Source of the DNA: Thermofilum pendens Hrk 5
GTDB lineage: Archaea > Thermoproteota > Thermoprotei > Thermofilales > Thermofilaceae
Assembly (NCBI RefSeq): GCF_000015225.1
Contig: NC_008698.1
Coordinates: 1,590,001-1,622,000 of the forward strand
DNA length: 32,000 nt
Direction: 5' to 3'
The notes beneath the pieces were generated by a model that saw only the letters and a program-made list of their open reading frames with translations, was not told the origin of the DNA and ran no database searches. A program made the translations under genes and the position numbers. Shown here one piece after another: positions 24,795 through 32,000 of the stretch (position 1 is the first letter of the stretch; each line of letters begins with the position of its first letter).

Positions 24795-25287
24795 CCGCGA
24801 CCCCGATGCGCCTCCTCAACTGCTCCCCCGCGAGTAGCGCTACCAGCGCGCCGAACACCGCCTGGAAGACGTTCCCCGGAAGCTCGGCTAGAGCCGCGCC
24901 GACGCCGTAGAGGAGTGTCTCTACGAGGAAGTACCCGAGAATCATCTCGAACGCGGCCAGCAAGACACCCAACGTCCTCAAAGCCGTCTTCCCGGTCCTC
25001 GAGAGGAGCCCCGCGAGAAACCCTTCAACCCCCTTGATCACCAGGGTGAAGGGGGCCCAGTGGGCGTAGCCGGAGAGAACGTCTGCCAGCGCTGAGCCGA
25101 TTCCGCCCGCCAGCGCCCCGGCCGCCGGGCCGAGGACGATGCCCGATAGCAGGACGACGGCGTCGCCCAGGTTGATATAGCCCTTGGTCTCCGGGACGGG
25201 TATCTGCACTATCACCGTAGCTACGGTCGTGAGTGCCGCGAAAACCCCGACCGTTGCTACCAGCTTGGACTTGCTAGCCTTCGCCAC
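24781..25287 (-). CDS. ECF-transporter S-component-like membrane protein (substrate unknown)
   Basis: The 168-aa product has about 5-6 TM helices. The segment VQIPVPETKGYINLGDAVVLLSGIVLGPAAGALAGGIGSALADVL resembles ECF S-components of the PF12822/PF07155 type. No ECF A or T genes are present in the window. Confidence 0.6.
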   Translation of the reverse strand: MAKASKSKLVATVGVFAALTTVATVIVQIPVPETKGYINLGDAVVLLSGIVLGPAAGALAGGIGSALADVLSGYAHWAPFTLVIKGVEGFLAGLLSRTGKTALRTLGVLLAAFEMILGYFLVETLLYGVGAALAELPGNVFQAVFGALVALLAGEQLRRRIGVADAVS

Positions 25288-25783
25288 GGCTCCTAAACCC
25301 CTGCGTCGTAAAAATATTTAACTTGCGTAGAAGCTCGCAGAAATCCCTCACGTCCACCCCCATCCTCAGGGAGAGTATCCCGGGGTGCGCCTCCCGCACG
25401 AGCTCGACCATGTACTCGGTGTCGTCGACGAAGACTACTTCCCCGGGCGACAGGCGTAGCTCTCGGAGTATCTTCTCGAGCATCCTGTCCTTCCCGGGGT
25501 GAGGCTCGATCACTAGGAGGTCGAAGTACCCGTAGACCCCGAGTGCCTTCAGAGCCTCGACGGCGGGTTCCGGGTCGTTCCAGCTCGCCACTGCCAGCCT
25601 TAAGCCTGCCTCCCTAGCGGCTCTCAGCGCCTCCTCGACGCAGGGGTTCAGCCTGACCTCCTGCCCGGTGGAGTCTACGACTACGCCGTCGGAGACCCTC
25701 CTGAACGGCGGGCGCGTGCGCGAGATATCCCTGTGGGACCAGAGGGTGCCGTCCAGGTCTACCACGAGCGCCTTGATGCCCAC
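25274..25783 (-). CDS. HAD-superfamily phosphatase, magnesium-dependent phosphatase-1 (MDP-1)-like
   Basis: HAD motif I is VVDLDGTLW (DxDxT followed by W, typical of MDP-1). The acidic motif IV is VVFVDD. The start is GTG, with the TATA-like GTTATTAAG about 27 nt upstream. Confidence 0.7.
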   Translation of the reverse strand: MGIKALVVDLDGTLWSHRDISRTRPPFRRVSDGVVVDSTGQEVRLNPCVEEALRAAREAGLRLAVASWNDPEPAVEALKALGVYGYFDLLVIEPHPGKDRMLEKILRELRLSPGEVVFVDDTEYMVELVREAHPGILSLRMGVDVRDFCELLRKLNIFTTQGFRSRGEG

Positions 25784-25864
25784 ACTCCCGGGGTGGAGGC
25801 GCGGCTTAATAACTGTTCGCGTGGCAAGGCGGAGGGCTTGTCAGCCCCCGGTACTCAGTTACAC

Positions 25865-25871
25865 TTATATA
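25865..25871 (+). promoter_or_regulatory. TATA box (TTATATA) of the aldo/keto reductase gene
   Basis: The box lies about 27 nt upstream of GTG 25895. Confidence 0.5.
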
Positions 25872-25894
25872 CCCCGCTGTCATATGCCCGAATC

Positions 25895-26863
25895 GTGGAG
25901 TACACGGTTCTAGGTAAAACAGGTGAAAAGGTTTCTAGGATAGGCCTGGGAGCGTGGGAGTTCAGCGAGGCATGGGGGCTCACCGACTACGAGAAGGCTA
26001 AGAGCGTCGTGAAGAGAGCCTTGGAGCTCGGGATAAACTTCTTCGACACGGCGATGGTCTACGGCAATGGGTTCAGCGAGAAGACGCTCGGCTCCGCCCT
26101 CCGCGAGCTCGGCGCGAAGCGCGACGAGATAATCGTGTCAACAAAGATCCCGGGAGAGTTCCTCAACCCGCTAGACATACCCAGGGCGGTCGAGCACAGC
26201 GTGAAGCTCCTGGGGCTAGGCTACGTCGACGTGCTACTCGCGCACTGGCCACCCTGCTGGCACAACTACCCCACCAAGGTCTACGCCAGGGCGATGGAGC
26301 AACTGGTAAACGTCGGGCTTGTACGCTACCTGGGGTTGAGCAACTTCCCCGTAGAGCTCGTGGAGAGCTTCCGGAGCAGCCTGGCGAGGGCAGACGTAGA
26401 GGTGTTCCAGCACCGCTACAACCTCGTGGAGAGGTGGGCCGAAGCTGAGGTGATACCGTACGCGGAGAAGCACAGGATAACTGTGCAGGCGTGGAGCCCC
26501 ATAGCCAAGGGGGCCCTCACCGGCAAGTACACGCCTGACAACCTGCCGCAGTTCGCCGACGTGAGGGCCAGGGAGCCTGTCTTCCACCCGGAGAACTTCG
26601 AGAAGGTTTGGCGCGTCGTACAGCTCCTGAAGTCTACCGGGGAGAAGTACGGGAAAACCCCCGTACAGGTAGCCCTCAACTGGCTCATAACCTCAAGCCC
26701 GGCGGTCGTGCCGATACCCGGCGCGAAGAGCCCCGCCCAGGTAGAGGAGCTCGCGGGAGCGGCTGGGTGGAGGCTTAAGCCCGAGGACTGGGCGGCGCTG
26801 GAAGAGGCTAGCCGCGGGCTAACGATCTCCTACTCCGTGTACTACGTGAAGAGCGGCAAGTAA
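25895..26863 (+). CDS. Aldo/keto reductase (AKR) family oxidoreductase
   Basis: The family-typical N-terminus (M)EYTVLGKTGEKVSRIGLGAW is present. The catalytic tetrad context is also present: FFDTAMVYG (D, Y), STK (K) and LAHWP (H). The track start (25733) runs through the divergent promoter, so I use GTG 25895. Confidence 0.9.
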   Translation: MEYTVLGKTGEKVSRIGLGAWEFSEAWGLTDYEKAKSVVKRALELGINFFDTAMVYGNGFSEKTLGSALRELGAKRDEIIVSTKIPGEFLNPLDIPRAVEHSVKLLGLGYVDVLLAHWPPCWHNYPTKVYARAMEQLVNVGLVRYLGLSNFPVELVESFRSSLARADVEVFQHRYNLVERWAEAEVIPYAEKHRITVQAWSPIAKGALTGKYTPDNLPQFADVRAREPVFHPENFEKVWRVVQLLKSTGEKYGKTPVQVALNWLITSSPAVVPIPGAKSPAQVEELAGAAGWRLKPEDWAALEEASRGLTISYSVYYVKSGK

Positions 26864-26883
26864 GCGCTGTGAAATCTTCCTCC

Positions 26884-26888
26884 TTTTT
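26884..26888 (+). terminator. Short T5 tract after the AKR stop codon
   Basis: The tract CCTCCTTTTTCCC lies 20 nt after the stop, in a 47-nt convergent spacer. Confidence 0.3.
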
Positions 26889-26910
26889 CCCTTAGGAACT
26901 ACGGGTAGGG

Positions 26911-27996
26911 CTACGCGTTGCCCGGCGCGCCTCGCTTCGAGCGGTGTCTGCGTTGAAGGATTACGGCGACGAAGACAGCGATCGGTGCCAGTGCGACTGC
27001 TACCCACGGGAACACCCATGGAAGAGGGGTGTTGAGCCGCACAGTGGACGCCGAACCCTCAGGGCTGGAGGTTGCGAAGCGTGAAAGCACATCTAGCACG
27101 TCGTTCTCGCCTCTAACCGCGAAGACACCGTCGTTCCACGCCCAGACCCCTATGAAGGCGGGCGCTACCTTCTCCTCTACGAGTAGCCCGGTGAGGATCT
27201 CCGAGTAGTACCTCGCGTCCGCCGACTCATTGAAGACTCTACGCCTGCCCCAGTTCCACGGCTCGATGTACGCTTCCTCATCGTCTACCCTCAGCCCAAC
27301 CTCTCCGACAATGACTTTCCCCCAGCCGAGCCTACGCGCAAGCTCCTCCACCTTCGAGACCAGGTACCTCTTCACGCGGACCCCTTGAGGGCCGAGCTCC
27401 AGGTCCCAGAAGTCGATACCGACGTAGTCGAGCCCAGCCTTAGCTTGGAGGTCGAGCAGAGCATTCACGTCATCTCCCCCGGACCCGTAGTAGTACAGCT
27501 TAGCCGCCGGAAACGCCTCCCTGAGCTCCCTGTACGCCGCCGAGAGCTCTTCCCTGCACCCGGCGTCGTTAACGCAGGACGTCAGCTCGCTGAAGCCTAT
27601 GTAAGCCCCCTCCCCGTCCCCCAGCACCCTCTTCAGCTCTGCGAGCACCCTGCCGTCGAGGCGCACGGTCTTCAGCCCTCCCCTCCAGCTCCACGAAGGC
27701 ACGTACTTCTCGCAGAACAGGTTCACGAAGACCTCCCTGCCGCTGCTCCTCAAGGCTTCGATCTGGGAGACAGAGTACGATAACCACTGCGAAAGAGAAG
27801 GGGGCTCGACACCCCGGTCAACGTCGTAGGCGACGACCACTCCCGGAACCATGTAGCCCGGCACCTCGCGGGCATCCACCCTCTCACCCCAAGGGACAAC
27901 CCACGCTACAAGCCTCGCCGAGTTATTGGGCACTGCATACAGAGAAGGCAAGGTTAACAGTAAAATCAGTAAAAATGCTAGGAGTAAGCTACTCAT
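26911..27996 (-). CDS. Secreted, C-terminally membrane-anchored protein, a possible glycoside-hydrolase-like TIM-barrel protein (function tentative)
   Basis: The start is ATG 27996, and the product begins with a Sec-type signal peptide, MSSLLLAFLLILLLTLPSLYAVPNNS. The C-terminus has a hydrophobic anchor followed by a basic tail (WVAVALAPIAVFVAVILQRRHRSKRG). Internal segments IGFSELT, VIVGEVGL and GVWAWNDG are reminiscent of clan GH-A strand ends. The gene is divergent from a glycosidase gene. Confidence 0.6.
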   Translation of the reverse strand: MSSLLLAFLLILLLTLPSLYAVPNNSARLVAWVVPWGERVDAREVPGYMVPGVVVAYDVDRGVEPPSLSQWLSYSVSQIEALRSSGREVFVNLFCEKYVPSWSWRGGLKTVRLDGRVLAELKRVLGDGEGAYIGFSELTSCVNDAGCREELSAAYRELREAFPAAKLYYYGSGGDDVNALLDLQAKAGLDYVGIDFWDLELGPQGVRVKRYLVSKVEELARRLGWGKVIVGEVGLRVDDEEAYIEPWNWGRRRVFNESADARYYSEILTGLLVEEKVAPAFIGVWAWNDGVFAVRGENDVLDVLSRFATSSPEGSASTVRLNTPLPWVFPWVAVALAPIAVFVAVILQRRHRSKRGAPGNA

Positions 27997-28017
27997 AGCT
28001 CTTGCATTTTGCAGAAA

Positions 28018-28035
28018 ATTTATAAGCATATAAAT
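28018..28035. promoter_or_regulatory. Back-to-back divergent TATA boxes, TTATAAAT on the minus strand (28025-28018) and ATATAAAT on the plus strand (28028-28035)
   Basis: The minus-strand box is 29 nt from its ATG (27996) and the plus-strand box is 25 nt from its ATG (28053). The boxes sit inside a quasi-palindrome, GCAGAAAATTT...AAATTTTTGC. Confidence 0.55.
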
Positions 28036-28052
28036 TTTTGCAAGCTGACAGT

Positions 28053-30008
28053 ATGAGAACACGAAAAGCCGGGTCTTTCGTATTATTGGACGAAGCGTTC
28101 AAGTTCTTACTAGGAGTTAACTACTGGCCTAGACTATACAACGTAAAAATGTGGAAAGAATGGGACGAAGAGAGCCTAAAGAAAGACATAGAAAAAATGA
28201 AAGAACTCGGCGTTAGAGTAGTAAGGATATTTTTAAGGGATATAGATTTTGCGGATGAGAGAGGAATTCCAATTGAAGAGAGTCTGCAGAAGCTACAAAG
28301 ATTCCTCGATTTGCTTCACGAGAAAAACCTCCAGGCATTCGTAACGTTACTCGTAGGACACATGAGCGGAAAAAACTTCCCAATACCGTGGACCAGCTTC
28401 GACAGCCTTTACACCCCCTCTTCCGTGGAGAAGACCGCTACTTTTGCGAGAAAAATAGCAGAAAGGCTGGCATCACACCCTGCACTTGCTGGCTGGATAC
28501 TAAGTAACGAGCTCAGCTTGGTAAAGAGAGCTACGACAAGAGAAGATGCCCTCAGGCTACTCGAAGCATTTACAAAAACTATGAAATCCGTAGACCCAAA
28601 TCACATCGTATCCAGCGGAGACATACCAGACAGCTTTATGCAAGAAACCCCTAATGTACGTCACCTCGTCGACTACGTTGGGCCACACTTGTACCTATAC
28701 GACACCGATCTCGTACGGCTTGGATACTTCTATGGGGCAATGCTTGAACTCTTCTCCAACGCAGGAGACCTGCCAGTCATACTTGAAGAGTTCGGCTTTA
28801 GTACACTACAATTCAGCGAGGAAAGCCACGCGCGATTTGTGGAGGAAATTCTTTACACATCTCTAGCTCACGAAGCTTCTGGAGCGTTTATTTGGTGTTT
28901 CTCAGACTTCACAGAAGAGAGCGGTGAGCCATACGATTGGAGACCTTTAGAGCTCGGCTTTGGTTTACTGAAGAAAGACGGTAGCGAAAAACTAGCAGCA
29001 GACTCTTACAGGAACTTTTCTCATGTGGTCGAAAGAATAGAAAAGCTCGGACTTCACTCTAAGTACAAACGTTTATCAAGCACTTTTGTAGTTTATCCAT
29101 TTTACTTATTCAGAGACTACGAGTTCATATGGTACAAAGAGTCACTAGGCTTTTGGGAATCCATAAAACCGCACTTGATGAGCTACTCGCTTCTATCCGC
29201 CTCTAGCGTTCCTTCTCGAATGGTTTACGAGCTAGACCTGAAAAAGATTTTAAAAAGCGCTAAGCTAGTAGTCCTTCCTTCTGTAGTAGCTACACTTGCT
29301 TCTACGTGGCGCAACCTTCTAGAATATGTAGAGCTCGGCGGAACCCTCTATTCATCCGTTATCAGGGGAGCCGGTGCTTTCAAAGCCCTCCACGATGCGC
29401 CGACACACCTTTGGAACGAGCTGTTTGGCGTGGAAAACGTTCTAGAGGCAGGCTCCATGGGACGCAAGATCTTCGGAGTCGTTAAATTGAAATTCGTCAG
29501 GAAATTTGGCAACCTCAGTGAGGGGGACGAACTATTACTAAAAGTACCAGAAAGCATCTATACTTTCAAGGCGCAAAGCACGGACTCGGACGTAATAGCC
29601 TTGGATGACGAAGGAGAACCGGTAATCTTCTTCTCTCGAAGGGGGCGTGGCAAGACCATTCTATCGCTGATACCTATAGAGGTGATATTACAGGCACAGG
29701 AAAACGCTCAATGGCACGAAGGAACAATATTTTATGAACAACTTGCCTTTGTTTCAGAGGTAGAAAGACGTTATGCTTCAAAGGATCCTAGAGTCGAGCT
29801 ACAAGTTTACACGGGAGAAAAGGACGATCTTTTAATAGTGATTAATCACAGCAATGAAAATGTGGAGACAAGCATTACGAGTGCTACAAGAATCGTAGAA
29901 GCACAAGTAATTGGCGGTAAAGCAAGGCTATTACCAGAGTCGAAGAGAGAGATGAGAGCTGTATTTCCCCCAAAGTCGGGCTCCATTATTCGTGTCGTTA
30001 AAACCTAG
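28053..30008 (+). CDS. Clan GH-A glycoside hydrolase with GH5-like catalytic motifs and a GH42-like middle domain (tentative)
   Basis: The product contains GVNYWP, the acid/base motif WILSNELS, and the nucleophile motif VILEEFGF. The central KLVVLPSVVATLASTWRNLLEYVELGGTLY resembles the beta-galactosidase trimerisation-domain pattern. I start the gene at ATG 28053 rather than the track's TTG at 28038. Confidence 0.7.
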   Translation: MRTRKAGSFVLLDEAFKFLLGVNYWPRLYNVKMWKEWDEESLKKDIEKMKELGVRVVRIFLRDIDFADERGIPIEESLQKLQRFLDLLHEKNLQAFVTLLVGHMSGKNFPIPWTSFDSLYTPSSVEKTATFARKIAERLASHPALAGWILSNELSLVKRATTREDALRLLEAFTKTMKSVDPNHIVSSGDIPDSFMQETPNVRHLVDYVGPHLYLYDTDLVRLGYFYGAMLELFSNAGDLPVILEEFGFSTLQFSEESHARFVEEILYTSLAHEASGAFIWCFSDFTEESGEPYDWRPLELGFGLLKKDGSEKLAADSYRNFSHVVERIEKLGLHSKYKRLSSTFVVYPFYLFRDYEFIWYKESLGFWESIKPHLMSYSLLSASSVPSRMVYELDLKKILKSAKLVVLPSVVATLASTWRNLLEYVELGGTLYSSVIRGAGAFKALHDAPTHLWNELFGVENVLEAGSMGRKIFGVVKLKFVRKFGNLSEGDELLLKVPESIYTFKAQSTDSDVIALDDEGEPVIFFSRRGRGKTILSLIPIEVILQAQENAQWHEGTIFYEQLAFVSEVERRYASKDPRVELQVYTGEKDDLLIVINHSNENVETSITSATRIVEAQVIGGKARLLPESKREMRAVFPPKSGSIIRVVKT

Positions 30009-30484
30009 CTCTCATTCTCTTTGCTGGTTTTCAAATAGTTTTCAATCTCTTGAATAAGCATCTCAACGCTTATCATCAGGAAGCCGTACTTTTGAAGAGC
30101 TTCGTATCTGCTGGGATCACCGCTAACTAGCACGAAATTCTTCTCCAGAACGTATGCTACGTTTACGATGTCTTCGAAGGGAGCACTGAGTGAGTGATGA
30201 AGAAGATCGCTCATAATCATCGCAGTTCTTTGTGCAACGTTATCGTCGAGATGCTCAATCACATCGTAGATATTTTTCAGCATTGTTAGAACCTTTAACC
30301 CGTCCTTAGTTTTCCTAGAGTAATACAGGTAAGTCAAAAATTCCACGAGAGAGAAAACGGTCACATGAACTTTGTATCGAGCTACGATTAGAGGTATAAG
30401 GTTTTTGTAGCGGATACTGTGTAGTAGCGCCAATGCAGGAGCATCCAAGAGTATATCCGTCGACGGCGCTAAAGGATACTCCAT
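30005..30484 (-). CDS. vapC: PIN-domain ribonuclease toxin (VapC-like)
   Basis: The 159-aa product has four acidic residues at PIN-like spacing: D14 (ILLDAPAL), E48 (SLVEFL), D105 (FEDIVNVAYV) and D123 (LVSGDPS). The gene lies 9 nt downstream of the antitoxin gene. Confidence 0.7.
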   Translation of the reverse strand: MEYPLAPSTDILLDAPALALLHSIRYKNLIPLIVARYKVHVTVFSLVEFLTYLYYSRKTKDGLKVLTMLKNIYDVIEHLDDNVAQRTAMIMSDLLHHSLSAPFEDIVNVAYVLEKNFVLVSGDPSRYEALQKYGFLMISVEMLIQEIENYLKTSKENES

Positions 30485-30493
30485 TTTTCAGAC

Positions 30494-30715
30494 CTAGGCT
30501 TTAGTTTTTTGAATGCTCTTCATCTGTCTAAAGAAGGCTAAAGCTTCGGCGGCATCCACGTCTATTTCAAGCTTCTCAACGCTTTCCTGTACGCGGCTGA
30601 CGTGCCATTGTTCTACGAGGGCTCTTATCACGTCGTTATAGGACTGAAAACCCAGTTTATCCTTTAGTTCTCTAAGCCTTTTCCAAGTCGCCTCATCTAC
30701 AGCTATTGTCTTCAT
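30494..30715 (-). CDS. vapB: VapB-type antitoxin (PF02697/DUF217-like)
   Basis: The N-terminus MKTIAVDEATWKRLRELKDKLGFQSYNDVIRALV matches the MkTI.v.d.vy..L..lK...eSFsdvI..L pattern. I start the gene at ATG 30715 rather than the track's 30757, which would overlap the GH1 gene. Confidence 0.7.
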   Translation of the reverse strand: MKTIAVDEATWKRLRELKDKLGFQSYNDVIRALVEQWHVSRVQESVEKLEIDVDAAEALAFFRQMKSIQKTKA

Positions 30716-30716
30716 C

Positions 30717-32000
30717 CTATATCCCCCTAAACTCGACGATGTCTTTCTTATACTCACTTGGTATAAAACCTTGCTGGATTATATGCTTATAAATCCTTGA
30801 AGAATGCCTTGGAATTCTACTCTTCGTGATGAGGTCTACTTCGAACAAACCGAAACGTTGCCGAAAACCATGAGCCCACTCGTAGTTATCCGTTAACGCC
30901 CAATGCAAATAACCTTCTACATTTATTCCTTCCTCTATGGCTAGTAATAATGCATACAGATGGTTTACGAGATAACTGGGACGTATTACGTCCCTAGGAT
31001 CGGAGGTGCCGTTCTCCGTGACTAAAAGCTTACTCGCGTAGGTCGACCCAATCCTCAATGCATCAATAAGCCCTTCTGGATAGAACTCCCACCCCATTCC
31101 ATCACAAGCTCTTCCAATCTTCGAGAGTCCGAACGGAACACAAGCGTATCCGTAACCAGCCACTGCTTCGAAGTCTAATACTGGATGTCCGTTAAAGCGA
31201 CGAGAAGACTCTTTGACAACAATCCTAGTGTAGTAGTTAACACCTAACCAGTCAAGCTTCCCGCCTAGAGCAGCGGGTTTAAGGATATTTTTGCCGTCAA
31301 GCGCGACATCTAATCTGCCGTTCTTTACGGCCTCTAGTAGCAACTCGTTATGGAAATATGAATAATGCTCAACGGCTTTTTCTGATTTTGTTCCCTCGGG
31401 AGAGTATGCTGGAATTATATTGTAGATTAGACCCACCTCTGCCGGAGAATTAGAGTCGGGATCAGCCTTTACATTGTCAAACTTCTTTATCATATCGTAA
31501 GCTAAGGCATGAGCGATAGCAGTGTTTACCAATGCTTTAGGAACTGCCTGGGGCTTATTGACACCTGGAGGAAAACCTGTGTAAGTGCCTAGATAGCCTA
31601 GCTCTATAGGTACTACTGGTTCATTAAACGTGGACCACATATCTACTAAGTCGCCAAACTTCCATGCAACGTAAGCTGCGTACTTCGCCATCTCAATAGG
31701 GAAGCTTTCCTCGAGGAGGCCTAAAGGTCCCTCAGAAAGCTCAGAAGACTTCGCCCTTATAGGGTCGTGAATCCAGTAAGGTAACGTAAAGTGTACAAGG
31801 TTTACGATTACTTTGAATCCTCTTTTGCGTAAGTCAAGCAGTATTTCTCTGTACATCTGCACGGCCTTCCGACAAGCATACCTGTCCAGAGCCCTAAGGG
31901 TATCCTCGTCTATCCTTACGCTCTTAACGAAACCCAAGGAATCCTTCTCAAAATCTACCTCTATAAACCAGGTCGGATGTGGAAAGATTCTGCTCCACTC
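30717..32000 (-). CDS. GH1 beta-glycosidase (C-terminal about 427 aa; the N-terminus lies beyond the window end)
   Basis: The frame is open to base 32000 (EWSRIFPHPTWF... upstream of the track's TTG). The acid/base motif STFNEP and the nucleophile motif VTENG are present. LHWALTDNYEWAHGF and the overall colinearity match Saccharolobus LacS as I remember it. Confidence 0.9.
   Translation of the reverse strand, partial: EWSRIFPHPTWFIEVDFEKDSLGFVKSVRIDEDTLRALDRYACRKAVQMYREILLDLRKRGFKVIVNLVHFTLPYWIHDPIRAKSSELSEGPLGLLEESFPIEMAKYAAYVAWKFGDLVDMWSTFNEPVVPIELGYLGTYTGFPPGVNKPQAVPKALVNTAIAHALAYDMIKKFDNVKADPDSNSPAEVGLIYNIIPAYSPEGTKSEKAVEHYSYFHNELLLEAVKNGRLDVALDGKNILKPAALGGKLDWLGVNYYTRIVVKESSRRFNGHPVLDFEAVAGYGYACVPFGLSKIGRACDGMGWEFYPEGLIDALRIGSTYASKLLVTENGTSDPRDVIRPSYLVNHLYALLLAIEEGINVEGYLHWALTDNYEWAHGFRQRFGLFEVDLITKSRIPRHSSRIYKHIIQQGFIPSEYKKDIVEFRGI

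Larger units (their letters stand above)
27930..32000. other. Low-GC compositional island; the right boundary is outside the window
   Basis: My hand counts of 60-nt lines give the following. Line 27841-27900 has 40/60 GC. Line 27901-27960 has 32/60. Line 27961-28020 has 19/60. Line 28081-28140 has 23/60. Line 29041-29100 has 21/60. For comparison, lines 7201-7260 and 10501-10560 each have 34/60. Confidence 0.75.

Noticed and set aside
27997-28062. The 22-codon extension of the secreted protein (MFSYCQLAKIYMLINFLQNARA)
   Set aside because: The extension would run through both TATA boxes of the divergent promoter. The internal Met at 27996 starts a textbook signal peptide.
30194-30200. GTGATGA C-box-like heptamers inside coding regions (30194-30200 on the plus strand, 22907-22913 on the minus strand)
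   Set aside because: No D or D' box lies at the correct spacing and no promoter is present. These are chance occurrences within CDSs.
30716-30757. The 14-codon extension of vapB into the GH1 gene
   Set aside because: The conserved antitoxin N-terminus MKTIAV begins at ATG 30715, exactly 1 nt after the GH1 stop.
1-32000. A search by eye for tRNA, rRNA, CRISPR repeats, IS elements and integrases, especially at the GC-shift boundary
   Set aside because: I saw no T-loop or acceptor-like sequences in the intergenic regions, no regularly spaced direct repeats, and no transposase-like or integrase-like ORFs. A proper tRNAscan, Infernal or CRISPR-finder run would be needed to be certain.

Overview
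This is a gene-dense archaeal chromosomal segment that looks like a hyperthermophilic crenarchaeote (inference). The proteins are rich in R/E/L/V. Most genes have an A/T-rich TATA-like box about 25-30 nt upstream of the start codon, which suggests leaderless mRNAs, and many gene junctions are tightly coupled or overlapping. I support 34 protein-coding genes; two of them run off the window edges. From left to right they are: an MFS transporter, MarC, a GNAT acetyltransferase, TatC, a divergent AEP primase-like protein, Nnr, a class I FBP aldolase with a PfkB kinase, a VIT1/CCC1 iron transporter, a YkgJ Cys-cluster protein, a nitroreductase, a second MFS transporter, a FucI-like isomerase, a small half-ferritin, a Nudix hydrolase, a rhomboid protease with a long C-terminal extension, TyrRS, myo-inositol-1-phosphate synthase, a 535-aa orphan with a divergent Bat/HTH_10-like regulator, a four-gene metabolic operon (cyclase, aminotransferase, DUF1097, DapA-family lyase), a three-gene overlapping operon (MDP-1 HAD, ECF-S-like, HypE-like PurM-fold protein), an aldo/keto reductase, and finally a carbohydrate cluster. 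I found one candidate archaeal C/D box sRNA with its own TATA box and T-tract at 12571-12619 on the minus strand. I found no rRNA, tRNA, CRISPR array, transposase or integrase. The most conspicuous structural feature is an abrupt GC drop at about 27.93 kb. Hand counts give 57-67% GC to the left and 32-38% to the right. The drop opens a low-GC island of at least 4 kb that carries a GH5/GH42-like glycosidase, a VapBC (PF02697-like antitoxin plus PIN) pair and a GH1 beta-glycosidase. All functional calls come from motif recognition by eye and no database search was possible. I cannot point to one clearly novel multi-gene system. The best candidates for follow-up are listed as findings.
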